From assembly GCF_009914755.1 (NCBI RefSeq), contig NC_060932.1: a DNA stretch of 64,000 nt. One strand, written 5' to 3'. This stretch comes from the human T2T-CHM13v2.0 reference genome, Homo sapiens. The notes below the pieces were generated by a model. The model ran no database searches. It was not told where the DNA came from and saw only the letters and a program-made list of their open reading frames with translations. The position numbers and the translations under genes were made by a program. This document shows, piece by piece, positions 1 to 26,167 of the stretch (position 1 is its first letter; every line of letters starts with the position of its first letter).

Positions 1-43
1 AGTCCCCACTCGACCCAGGAAGTCCAGCTGGCTTCACCTCTCA
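1..43 (-). mobile_element. 5' terminus of an LTR12-family (ERV9) LTR, cut off by the window edge
   Basis: Reverse complement reads TGAGAGGTGAAGCCAGCTGGACTTCCTGGGTCGAGTGGGGACT, matching the LTR12 start as recalled. Confidence 0.75.
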
Positions 44-619
44 TTACCACCACAGTGGACTTTAGTAGGCTAATGGTCAAAGGCAACTTTATCTTTGTGA
101 CCAGGAGATAACTTTTTCCCCAAATGGGTGAAAAGACTAAGGTTCTGACATGTTGCTTCCGGGCTCCTGCTGTGGATATCATCAACCACAGCCACCTGGA
201 AACATTCCCGAGATACCTATTTTTCCTACAGAGAAGTCAAGTTATTTTTCCTACCTTCGGTCCTTAGTTCTCATTCTCCAAGGAACTCAACAGTCCTGAG
301 CAACACTGAGGTCTCAGGGGCCTAGTTCCATGAGGGACTCTGTGGCAACTGGCCCCTGGGTCCCTCCCCTCCCATCCAGGGCCGCCCCAGCGGTCTCCAT
401 GCCCAGGGCGCCTCTTCCCTCTTCAACAGCCCCAGGGGCACCAGGGCCGCTTCTCACTCAACACTGTCTCTGGGCGACCTCGCGAGCTCAGTGGCATCAC
501 TGACCATCAAGACGCCCCAATTTGCATCTACATCACAGCAGCATCTGCCGGCTTTAGGTCCTGTCTTCACCAGGATGTCCCACAGTCGCTTCACACTAAG
601 AGCCCAACTGGCCCCTTCC

Positions 620-2020
620 TTGCCCGGACCCGGAGCTCCTGTCGGGGACCGTTGAACCACCGAGTGGGCGGTCATCCGGGTGTCTCAGAGCAGACCGAGA
701 GCAGGTGCGCAGACCTCTGTGGACGGCTACTTCCGGTGCGCTCCCAACAGGTTTCCGCCCGGGGTCACCGGCCGCAGTGCTCCTTTCGGCTCCAGGGAAG
801 CGCGGACTCGCCCCTGCTGCCCGCCCGGCGTTGCCTCAGCACATCCCTGACCGTCGGAGGAGCCCCTAGAAGTGGCAGTGGGCGCAATGGTGGCGGCGTG
901 TGGCGGGGCCGTGCCCAGAAGCGCTCGCAGTCCCGGAGCGGTGGGGGAGGGCCGCTGCACCCCGCGCCCGAGTCTGGGCGTCCGCATTGCCGCGTGGCCG
1001 GCGAATTGCGCCCGAGGGGGTGGTTAAGACAAAAGCGTGGGGAGGGGCCACGTCCCCGCTGCCCCAGCCAGGCGTTTCCTTGCCTCGCTGATCGTTCCTC
1101 TACGGCGGGAACGCGAGGCGCCCACCGGGGATGTCGCTAATGAGTCCGCGGGGCGACGCCGAGAGTGGCTTGTGAGGGGTCCCCGCCGGAGCCCCTGGCG
1201 CGCGCCTCTTCCAGTGCTTTCCACCTCATTTCTGGCCGAGTGCCTCGAGAGGGTAGAGGGCGAGAAATCCTTTGCCTCAAACATCCCCTAAATGGGTCGG
1301 AAAGATCAAAGAGAAACGTTTCTGAGGGAAAACCTGGCGTCATCGCGTCAGCCACGTTTTCAGAGCGTGCGTTTTCCGCGGGGTGGGAGCTGCCGTCTGA
1401 CCATAGGTTTCTTGCGGCCCTAGATTCTTCGGCGCCTTAAACCTGGGGTTCCGGAAGCTGTAGCCCCCGTTTCAAAATCCGCCGGAAGCGCCTGACCCCC
1501 AGAAGTCGCGCTCTGCCCTGACCTGCCGGAGAGCGGGGGCCGCGCGGAGTTTCCGCGGGACTTCCTGCTGTGGAGGTTAAAGCACGGTTTGTCAAAACGC
1601 CTTAGAACTTGCAATGCCGGCCATTCGCGTCGGGGTGGGGTCCCCAGAAGCAGACCCTGAGGTGAGGCTTCCTGTATTCTTGGCTTATTGGGAGGCGCAG
1701 GCTCGGCCAGTGAGGACTGGGAAGAAGAGGAGGCCAGCCCGGGTGAGCGTCGTGCAGAGGCCGCGGGGTGACCGGGTCCAGTCCTGCAGGGGGGTCTGGA
1801 ACATGTTCGGATCGGACCTCAGCGCGGATCCCTCCCGTCGGGGTGGAGGGAGCTGGGCCTTTTCTGCCTCAGCGGCTTTAGGACTGTTCCAGGAAGAGGT
1901 GAGCAGCGGCGGCCCTCGACCCAGAGAAGCAGGGGCCACAAGGAACTGGGTGCAGGAAGGTGGTGAAGGGCCCAAAGGACGCGTGCGTGGCCTCAGGAAG
2001 TGCCGGAAGAAAGCCTGAGT
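620..2020. promoter_or_regulatory. CpG island / promoter-like region with no coding gene attached in this window
   Basis: Very GC- and CpG-rich. ETS cores include ACTTCCGG at 729-736 and CCGGAAG near 1451, 1482 and 2003. A YY1-like AATGGTGGCGGCG lies near 886-898. Confidence 0.8.
1625..2000 (-). mobile_element. Ancient ERVL-type LTR remnant (LTR16/LTR33-like) inside the CpG island
   Basis: GGGGTCCCCAGAAGCAGACCCTGAGG...TTATTGGGAGG resembles the reverse-complemented 3' end of class III LTRs. The right boundary is uncertain. Confidence 0.45.
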
Positions 2021-2029
2021 CTGAATCTG

Positions 2030-4771
<2,742 letters not shown>

Positions 4772-6226
4772 CTCCCTGAGCTTTTTATTTTGAAATAATT
4801 TTAAACTTGAAGAGTTGCAATAATGCAGAGAACTCCCAAATAACCTTAACTCAGACTCACCAGTTCTTAACCGTTGCCATATTATTTCTCTTTCACTTTT
4901 TTCTGAACCATTTAGAAGTAGGCTTGAAAGAGTCATTTTGTCTATAATTTCCTATGTTCCATATCTTCCTGTATTTCTTCCTGTTTCTTTTTGGGGGTAC
5001 AGAATATAGGATGAGACACTTTTTAGTTTTAAAATATCTGATTCTAGATGTTTTTAGTATCTCCAGATGCTTGCTTGAGTATATTTACTTCTGTTGTGTT
5101 AGTTTTCTTCTGCTCCTTTGACTTCTAGTCACCTTGGACTCCCAGGACTCCAGCTCCATCTCCATCTCCTAAACTTGTAGAGACTGCCCAGCATCTCCTT
5201 ATGCGCAGGTGGATTTTTTTCCTAGTCTGTCTTTATACAGGGGGTTCAACCCTTTGGGGTTCCAGCTTTAGACAGGGGCCCAGGTTCCAACCATCACCCT
5301 CAAGCCACCCAGGCCTGTCTTCATGGGGGCTGTAAACGAGCCCCAGAGCTGTCCTAGCATCAGTTTCCAGGTGGGAAGCTCTGACTTTCATTTCGGTCTT
5401 CATTTTTACCCCTGAGGTGTTCCCTTGCTCTCTTGGTGCTTAACCATGCATTGTCCTACTAACATCCTCAGTCCCAGGGTCCACAGCAAGTACGTGTCAC
5501 AACAGCCCTTAGAGCCACCCACAAGCCCTCCCATGCCCCGGTGCTTCCTTCCATTCTACGTAAATGTGAGGCCTGTGGGCCTCTTAAGGGAGGCATCATT
5601 GTGGGACCTTTCCAGTAGATCAGAAGGAGAAAACAATTTTAATGTACCCAGTGTGCTCATGGACAGAGCAGAAGCAGAACACAAGGTTCACATTTACGCA
5701 AAGCACATTCTTGGCACTGTTTCCTTTCTCTGCCTCCTTCACCTCTCTTCCTTCCTTCCCAAGTACATCCTAAGCACCTGTTCTGTATCGTGTGCTGGAG
5801 ATAAAAAGGTGCATAAGACAACATCTCTGACAGCAGAGAGTTCTCCGTATAATGTAGGGTAACGAGGTAGAAAGGAAAATGTAAGTTGAAATGGTGGGGA
5901 TATGAATGTTGTGCTGTGGGATACAAGGGTAAAAGAGTTATTTTTTAGACGTGGGGGAGGTGTTTTTTTCCCCCATTTTAGAGCTGGAGAAAAAGAGACC
6001 CAAGAAGATTCAGTGTTTTCCCTGAGGTCAGAGTGAATCCATTTCAGAGGGAGACAGGACCCTCCAGGTGAGCCTGTGCTATCCACTCCCTCTTTTGTGT
6101 GGACCATTCCACATGGACCACACTAAGGCTGGCAATTCCCACACTTGGAAGAGGTTCTGTGATAAGAATTTTAATAATAAAGTGGGGGAGACAGAACCTG
6201 AGCGGGGGAATAAGCGCAGCAAATCA

Positions 6227-7843
<1,617 letters not shown>

Positions 7844-8443
7844 GGACAATACCAAGATCTGGTGAGGATTCAAAGCAACTAAACTCACACATCATCAGTG
7901 GGGATATACAACTGACTTTGTAAAAGTTTGGCAGTTTCTTAAAATGTTAAACATAAGCTTACCATATGACCCAGCAATCCCACTCCTATTTACCCAAGAT
8001 AACTGAAAAGTTAGATTCACAAAACAGCCTGTAGTTGATACACAGTGATGGCAGCTTTAATCATAGTTGCCCATACTGAAAATGCCCAAATACCCTGCCA
8101 TGGGTGAACGGATAAACAAATGGCTCCATCCATACAATGGAATGCTACTCGGTGCAAAAAAGCACTCCACACAGGCAATATGGATGACTCCAATGCATCA
8201 TGTTCAGTAAAAGCAGCCACGTGCAAACAGCTGCACACTATTTCTGGAAATGGTGAGGTGATGGATAGAGGATAGAAAACAAACCAGTGGTTTCCACGGA
8301 CTGGGGTTGAGGAGGGGTTAACCACAAGAGAGCACAAAGGAATTCTGGGTGGTGGTGAAGATGTTCAATGTCTGGAATGTGGTAGTGGCACAATTGTATG
8401 TTTTTGTCAAAGCCCAAAGAACTATACACTAAAAAGAGTAAAT

Positions 8444-8449
8444 TTTATT
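8444..8449 (-). terminator. Candidate distal poly(A) signal of ZNF251 (AATAAA)
   Basis: TTTATT on the plus strand, ~710 nt past the stop codon. Usage is inferred. Confidence 0.5.
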
Positions 8450-9050
8450 GTTTATAAATTATGCTTCAATAAACCTGCCTTTAAAAAATTTTTTATCAGT
8501 AATTACAATTTTCAAAAGTGGAGATACTTGGTAGGCCCCTGCTTTCTTGGCCCCTAAGGTCCCTCTCTCTGTTAAACTGTAGAGCTCCTTAGAACCAAAA
8601 CCAAACCACCTTTCATTTTAATGAAAATGAAATGCAAAAACTGGGGCTCCAAGCAAGGAAGAAACGTCTACCTGCAGTTCATCTGGGGGTTGGTGGGAGA
8701 GGTGGTGGAGAGAGTAAGGCTAAGCGCCCCCAGCAGGCCCAAGTTCTCTGTACCACACTTGGAGGCAGGTATATGGGACTGAAAGTGGATGTTCTCAGCC
8801 ACAAGCCTGGGCCTGGATAGGAAACAAAGGATAAGACTGGAAGGATGTCAGGTAGGGTAGACCCAGAGCACCAGCTGGGCTCACTTTTCACGCCCTCCAT
8901 CCATTCGTCATGAGTATCCGGATACAGCACCACACGGTTCAACTCCTGAGCACAGCAGTAACCTTTACACAGACAGCCTGATTTCCCAGAATGAATTCTC
9001 GTGTTTACTTCCAGATTTAATGACTTTGACTTTAGTAGTCATCTGAACTA

Positions 9051-9056
9051 TTTATT
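9051..9056 (-). terminator. Candidate proximal poly(A) signal of ZNF251 (AATAAA; ATTAAA also at 9016-9021)
   Basis: TTTATT on the plus strand, ~105 nt past the stop codon. Confidence 0.55.
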
Positions 9057-9159
9057 TTACTTTGCCAGTAATATTTAGACCTTATATATCTTTCATTATG
9101 CCATCTTATCTTCTAATGTCAAGTGAACAGTTGCTAAACTGTCTTCTGCATTTATCACA

Positions 9160-10898
9160 TTAAAAATGTCTTTCTTGGAAAATCTTCTTGATATGAATAA
9201 AGTATCTTTTAGAGCCATCATTTAAAGCAGGTTTCTCTCCAACACGAGTCTGCTGAGGTGGTGTGAGCTGTGAACTCTGGCTGAAGGCTTTCCCATACAC
9301 ACTGCAATGACATGGTTTCTGACCAGTGTGAGTTACCTGATGTTGAATAAGGGTTGACTTTCCACTGAAGGCGTTTCCACATTCTTGACATTTATAGGGC
9401 TTTTCCCCAGCATGCATTATCTGATCTTCAGTGGGTCGTGAGGTGGGACTGAAAGCTTTTCCATATTCATTACATCCAAAGGATTTCTCACCAGTGTGAA
9501 CTGTCCAGCGCAGAATGAGATTTGCACCATGGTTAAAGGCTCTGCCGTGCTTCTCTCCAGTGGGAATCTGTCCATCTGCTGTGAGGCTGGAGCCATGAAC
9601 AAAGGCTGGACCATGTTTTCTGCACTTACGAGTCTCTCCGCTGTGAACTTTCTGATGCTGAATGAGGGTTGACCTCCGGCTGAAGGCCTTCCCACAGTCA
9701 CCACAGTCATAGGGCTTCTCTCCAGTGTGAACTCGCTGATGTAGGGTGAGCTGGGAGCTCTGGCTGAAAGCTTTCCCACATTCAACGCACTGGTAGGGCT
9801 TCTCCCCAGTGTGAACTCTTCGATGCTGAACAAGAGTGGAACTCCGACGAAAGGCTTTGCCGCACTCATTACAAACATAGGGTTTTTCTCCTGTGTGAAT
9901 CCTTACGTGTTCAGTAAGATGAGAGTTAAAACCAAAGGCTCTGCCGCATTCATTACATACATAGGGTTTCTCTCCAGTATGAACCCGATGATGGAGGAAA
10001 AGGCTTGAGCTCTGACTGAAGGCCTTCCCACACTGATTGCATTTATGGGGCTTCTCTCCAGTGTGAATTCTCTCATGCTGAATAAGGCTGGAGCTTCGAC
10101 TGAAGGCCTTCCCACAGTGACTGCATTCATGCGGCTTCTCTCCAGTGTGAATTCTCTGATGCTGAGTTAACTGGGGGCTCTGGCTAAAGCCTCTTCCACA
10201 TTCATTACACTTGTAGGGTTTCTCTCCTGTGTGAATGATCCGATGTTGAATAAGAGTTGAGCTTCGACTGAAAGCCTTCCCACACTCACCACAGCCAAAG
10301 GGTTTTTCTCCAGTGTGAATTCTCCGATGAAGACGGAGGTGAGAATTGAGTCCAAAAGTTTTCCCACATTCATCACATTTAAATGGTTTATTTCCAGTGT
10401 GAATGTGATGGTGCAGAACAAGATTTGAGCTGTGAGTAAAGGCTCGCCCACACCGGCCACATTCGTACGGCTTCTCCCCAGTGTGACTTCTCTGGTGTCT
10501 ACTTAGGTCTGAATTATATTTGAAGGTTTTGCTGCATATATCACATTTAAAGACCCTCTCTCCTGTTTTATTTCTTTGAAGTCTAACAACATTTTGGTCC
10601 AGATTCAAGTTTCTATCAAATGCACTACACTCTTGGGTTCTTTCTCCCAAAGATCTTTCCCTGCCCACGGTAGCTTCTGTTAAAACTCTCTTGTGAATAT
10701 TGGGTTTGTTCAAACTCTGCCCGGCAGAATTTCCCACGCGCTCTTTGAGTTTGCCCTCACGGCCCCATGCTTCCCGAAACTCAGCGGCCTGTGCATTATC
10801 CCTTAAGAGTCTTCTTGATACAAATTCTGGGGTTTTTACTTCTTCGGAAAATTTTTGGTTTAAAATAGATAGTTCCTTCTTGGTCCCAACCTCAGAAT
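9160..10898 (-). CDS. ZNF251: ZNF251 last coding exon: spacer, 11 tandem intact C2H2 fingers, then degenerate fingers and one more intact finger
   Basis: The 609-aa ORF has repeated CxxC...HxxxH-TGEKP units. The acceptor TTCTTTAACAG|AT (AG at 10900-10899) is phase 1, matching the KRAB-B exon. Stop TAA at 9162-9160. Spliced CDS is 33+130+114+1739=2016 nt = 671 aa. Confidence 0.96.
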
Positions 10899-11149
10899 CT
10901 GTTAAAGAAAAATATAAATGAGTTACTAGAGAAAACCTTCCATCAGGCATAATGTCCATAATGTGGTAGAAGCTCCTATAAACCATCATGCAGAAGGCAG
11001 ATGCTCCAATAGGAAAAGATGTGAAAGGCAGAATTCAGAAGTAAAGATGGGATGGCCAATCAACAGGATAAAAATATTCAAGTTCATTAGTTATCAAAGT
11101 AGTCAAATCAAAACAAATTACGATTTTTCACCTATCAAATTGGCAAATT

Positions 11150-11430
11150 ATTCAACAAATATTTAGAAGGCCAGGCGTGTTCTAGGTAAGGAATATACAG
11201 GAAGGTAAATATAGTCTCTGATCTCATGAAGCTTATGTTCTACTCAATTAGATAGCAAGTAAGTTCTTAAAAATAATGATACACCATGTGACAGAAACTG
11301 TGTAAATGTGTTATTGGCCCCAACCTAGTCTACATGGTCAGAGAAAATGCCAGGAGTGAGATTCAAGCTGAAACCTGACAAAAGAAGTAAGTTAGCAGTG
11401 ACAGACAGGAAGGCCTGGGCCTGGCTGTGA
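11150..11430 (-). mobile_element. L2 3' fragment
   Basis: ATTCAACAAATATTTA...CCAGGCGTGTTCTAGG...CTCATGAAGCTTATGTTCTA, a typical antisense L2 tail. Confidence 0.55.
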
Positions 11431-11477
11431 TGCACAAAAATATCCACCGAGTTCCTGATGTAAAGAATCTGGGCCAG

Positions 11478-14580
<3,103 letters not shown>

Positions 14581-14809
14581 TTTTTAGTGAAAGAACCCAA
14601 ACATTGAAGAGTGTATGCTGTAAAATTCCATTTATAAAAAGTTCAAAACCAAGCAAAACTCAGTGATTATCCCTGGGGCAGTAGTGCCTGGCAGGGACAC
14701 CACTAGGCTTCTGTAGAGCTGATAATGCTTTGTTTCCTAATCTGTGCCGGTTCCATGGCTGGGTCTGATTTGTAAACATTCAATAAACAATACAATTTGT
14801 GTACATAGT

Positions 14810-16694
<1,885 letters not shown>

Positions 16695-16804
16695 TTAAAA
16701 TTTAAAAATACGAGTTTACTCCTAAAGCTCCTGGTTATAAAAGTCAAAAGAAAAATTGGGATAAAAACGAAAACAAAATTTTATGTCATTTTCTCCATGC
16801 GTAG

Positions 16805-17145
<341 letters not shown>

Positions 17146-17814
17146 TAAGATTCCTTTTAAATGCCAGGGTCCTCCCTGATGTCTCATATCAACGTAACTG
17201 CCCGCTTAAAAATAGATCTCTTGGGATGGGCATGGTGGCTCGCGCCTGTGATCCCCGCACTTTGGGAGGCTGAAATGAGAGGAGAGCTTGAGCCCACGAG
17301 GTGGAGGCTGCAGTGAGCTGAGACCGCACCTCCGCACTCCAGCCTGGGCAGCAGAGTGAGACCCTGTCTCTGAAGAACCAAAACCAAAACAGATCTCTCA
17401 TCAGGCTATCAACAGGTTACATGTGTTTTTTGTGACTACTCAGATAAAGATGTTCAATTGTAACAGTTTCTCAACATTGCAGGCAGGGCTGAGCCCACCC
17501 AGGGCTGGCGTTGTTCCCAGGAGCGGGTGCCCTCACCCACCAACTCGAGGCCGCTCACTCACTGTGCAGCTGTATGGCAGGCCCAGCAGTGCCTCTCCCT
17601 TCGTACATCACCAGAGTCGGCTGAAAAGTGCCAAAAGAGAACTCAGGAACCAAACAGGGAAGTGGAGGGCCATGTTTTATCCACCGGGCCTAAAGCCCCT
17701 CCAGGCGCGGGGCCCAGAGCGCCAATCCCTGGACTGAAAGAGCAGCAAGGGTGGGCTCTGCTGCCGCCCAGAGGCCTTCCGTGGTAAGACAGCCACGGAA
17801 AGCACAGCGCGTGC

Positions 17815-18117
17815 CGCTGCGACGGGGCGTCCCGGGGGTGACACTGGCATGTGACGCTGCGACGGGGCGTCCCGGGGGTGACACTGGCATGTGACGCTGC
17901 GACGGGGCGTCCCGGGGGTGACACTGGCATGTGACGCTGCGACGGGGCGTCCCGGGGGTGACACTGGCATGTGACGCTGCGACGGGGCGTCCCGGGGGTG
18001 ACACTGGCATGTGACGCTGCGACGGGGCGTCCCGGGGGTGACACTGGCATGTGACGCTGCGACGGGGCGTCCCGGGGGTGACACTGGCATGTGACGCTGC
18101 GACGGGGCGTCCCGGGG
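17815..18117. repeat. Perfect 40-bp CpG-rich minisatellite, ~7.5 copies
   Basis: Unit GACGGGGCGTCCCGGGGGTGACACTGGCATGTGACGCTGC repeats identically at 17821, 17861, ... 18061, with partial copies at both ends. Confidence 0.98.
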
Positions 18118-19084
18118 CAGGGCCCTGCCAAGGGACCCCCAACAAACACGACTGAAACTCAGCCTGGATACAAAGTCCACATGGAGGCACTGCCAGAGAC
18201 GCCTGCCGGGCCAGGTCAGACATGGCGGTAGGGCAGGACAGGACGGAGCCTGTGGCTCTCCGGGGTGCCCATCACTAACCTCCTTCTTGGACACCCCCGA
18301 AACACACTCGAAACTTCTAATGCAGGGCACCTGTGCTCACCACTGCCCCTTCAAAGGCGAACAAACAAAAACAGAATCATCTTTCCCCAGTTGGCTGACA
18401 AGATCTTACTCAAGATCTCATGCCATTCAGACACCCAGTGACGGTCGTGGGAACCGCCCCCCTCAGAGGAGACAGCAGCACCTTGGGCACTGTGTCGCGC
18501 AGACACATGGGATTAAGACTGAAGACGGACTCTCCTCCAACTGCCCCAACAGGACTTAAATGCTTCCAGATGATGGCTCCCCCGGAGGACCGAGGAAGCC
18601 CCATGATGTTAGGGTTCACTACACTGACGTCATCCACGGGATGCCTGGGCCATGAGCTAAGGCCACCTTGCTTCCTGGTCTAAGTCTGGCACAAACCACA
18701 CACAGGAGCCTTGCTCCCCTGCAAGTTTAGAATATCTCAATCAACACTTTAGTCAAAATGACCACAAACAGTGGCTATCAGAACCATAGTTTCACGAAAC
18801 TATGCAGTTCTTCGTCTTCCTCCAGCTCCAAAAGTGTGTGTTTCCTCAATGGTATACTGTGTACCGATGGAACTTTCTGGGCAACAATAACATTATATAT
18901 CTTGATAGAGGTTTGGTTTACACAAGTGTGTCTATTTGTTAAAACTCAGCAAATTCACACTTAAGATTTGTGCATTTCATTTATATAATTTTCACCTCAA
19001 AAGAAAAAACTGTAAACAAACACTGATCTCCAATTAATGACACATATGTATTTAAAGGAAGCGTCCTGTTAGTGCTGCTTCTTT

Positions 19085-20890
<1,806 letters not shown>

Positions 20891-20894
20891 AGAC

Positions 20895-22020
20895 CACAGT
20901 GCAGCACGCCTGTTTCTGAGCTGCCTCCGCATGTGCTATGCTCTTTGACATGAGCTCCGGCTGCCATGAGGCCTCCGGCAGCGGCCTGAGTTCCCAACCC
21001 CTCCCTCTTGGTCCCTGTGGGTCAGAGGCCACCGCTACAACCCCACCTACACACAGCTGCTTGACTGGACGCAAAACCTGGACTGATAATGGAGCAGGAG
21101 CCCTCCTTGGACGTGTTTGCTTCAAACCCTTGCACCCCTCTTCTCCATCTGGGCTTCCACCCATACCCTGGAACCCAGGAAGGCAGATGCCCCAGATCCT
21201 CGCCCTCCATCCTCTCTCCTCGCGCCGACCTCCATGTGGCCTTCAGGCGTGCCGTGTACCCCCAAGACATATACGTAAGCAAATCTTTATTTTCCATCTT
21301 GTGTCTGATCACTGAAGAGGTTTTCTCAAGAGAAACAAAAGGAAAAAAGAAAAAAAGAAAAAACCCTGGAACAGCTAACACCGTTGCTGGGAGGGAGCGC
21401 ACCCATGCTTAGCATGAGATGCTTCAGCTGCGCCTGGCTGACTAAAATCACCGCCAGTGGGGACAACTACATCTGGGAAGACAGAGATGCCGCTAGGTCT
21501 GTTCCGCAGCCGGCAGAATCTTAGGCTGCACGTGCCAGATGCCTAAACTGTGCAGCCTGAATGACTGTTGGGCAGGTAAGCGTGGCTCTGTGTTTCCGAA
21601 ATCCTGACCCAGGAGGCGCCCACTCAGACCACAGTCCCTCTGTTGGGACCTTCCCATGCCACACCTGCCTGGTGTTTTCCTTTGTCCCAGCGCTGAGCCG
21701 AGCGGAGCTCCTGGCTGTAAGGACACCTCCCGTGGCGTTCACAGGTATCCAGGTCTACTGCAGACCCCAGACCATGGGCAATCCCTGCAGGGCTGGTCAT
21801 GACCCCTTGCAAATATCCATGCTTTGTCCCTGTGGCTGTCGGCCCTGTCCCCCAACTCCAGCGGGTGTCACGGGTCTAATCCCTGGCACAAACCGGCTAC
21901 GATTGGTGGGCAAAAGCAAATGCCCTGAGCACCCGGTTCCTGCCCCACCGGACGCTGGAGGCCTCCACCTGGCTCTGAGATGAGTGTAAGGCTCACAGCA
22001 ACGGCATGAACTCTACTTGG
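20895..22020 (+). mobile_element. Probable ancient class III (ERVL-group) LTR sequence(s) upstream of the ERV internal relic
   Basis: CTCCATGTGGCCTTCAGGCGTGCCGTGTACCCC resembles MER73/MER74-type LTRs. A PBS-like TGGTGCCG follows at ~22018. Family and boundaries are uncertain. Confidence 0.35.
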
Positions 22021-22240
22021 TGCCGCTGGCCCTGTGGTCCTGGGGCCTGGGGGCCAACCCTGACACCAGAAAATGACGGCGCTGGTGGGTGCTGACCCTG
22101 GGTCAGTGACCTCCCACAGAGGTCACTGGGACACCCTGAAGAGGGAGGCGCTGCCTGAAAGGTAGGGACACACAGAGGTCACCCTCAGATTCTTCTGGTA
22201 ATAATCTCAAAGGTCAAAATCACAGGAGACGGGCGAATTA

Positions 22241-25378
<3,138 letters not shown>

Positions 25379-26167
25379 CTATCACCCCACATAAAATACA
25401 GGGGCCGGTGCCTTCAGTAAAATTCTTGGGCACTGTCTGGTCAGGGTGCAGCAGATCCTATTAATCGTTAAACATAAACTGCTGACACTGTTACCACCCA
25501 CAGGTCTTTGACGGACACATTTATTTGGATTCTTCATGTTTTGGAGACAAGAGTTTCCATATCTTACTCTAATACCCAGACCCTTTTCTGCCATAACCTA
25601 TAAAGCAACCACCTCTCAGTGGGGAGGCTCCACAGCCCTCACCCGGCCCAGCAGGCGGCCCAGCACACCATGCCACCATGCCTCCAGGTCCCACTCTTGC
25701 ATGGAAGCTCTGGCGACACCCACTCTGCCTCGTGGAGTCTCAGGAGGAAACATGGTCCACCTGGTTGCCCATGGGGTTCTGAACTCAACAAGCCCCAAAG
25801 AGCAGCTCAATATGCCCCGTAGAAAGGCAAACGCTATCCGCCTATTGAGCTCGATTAGAAACTGAGGGTCCCACACTGAGTGGAAGCAGCACCCCTGTGG
25901 ACTCCAATCCCCACCATGCCACAGCTCAGGACACCTCCCACCCAGCACAGGCAGGTGCCTCCTTGCTACATGGAAATGGCAACTGCGGGACCAGGCTGAC
26001 CTGACACACAGGGTCTTCCCAAACTCCAGGAGGGTGTGGCTTTACTCATCCCCGGCCCCTTCCTCATGGTGTTGGAGGACCAATCAGTCAAATTGGCAGC
26101 CTCGTGATGCAACATGCCTGCAAGTCCAAACTGCCTTCTGCCCATAGATTTAGACTCAGTCAGGCAA

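Noticed and set aside
10899-10989. N-terminal 30 aa of the 609-aa ORF (MMVYRSF...)
   Set aside because: It lies upstream of the strong acceptor at 10899-10900 and is intronic read-through.
17643-18330. Three overlapping 168-217 aa ORFs with repeating peptides
   Set aside because: They arise from a stop-free 40-bp GC-rich repeat cycling through frames. No domain or splice support.
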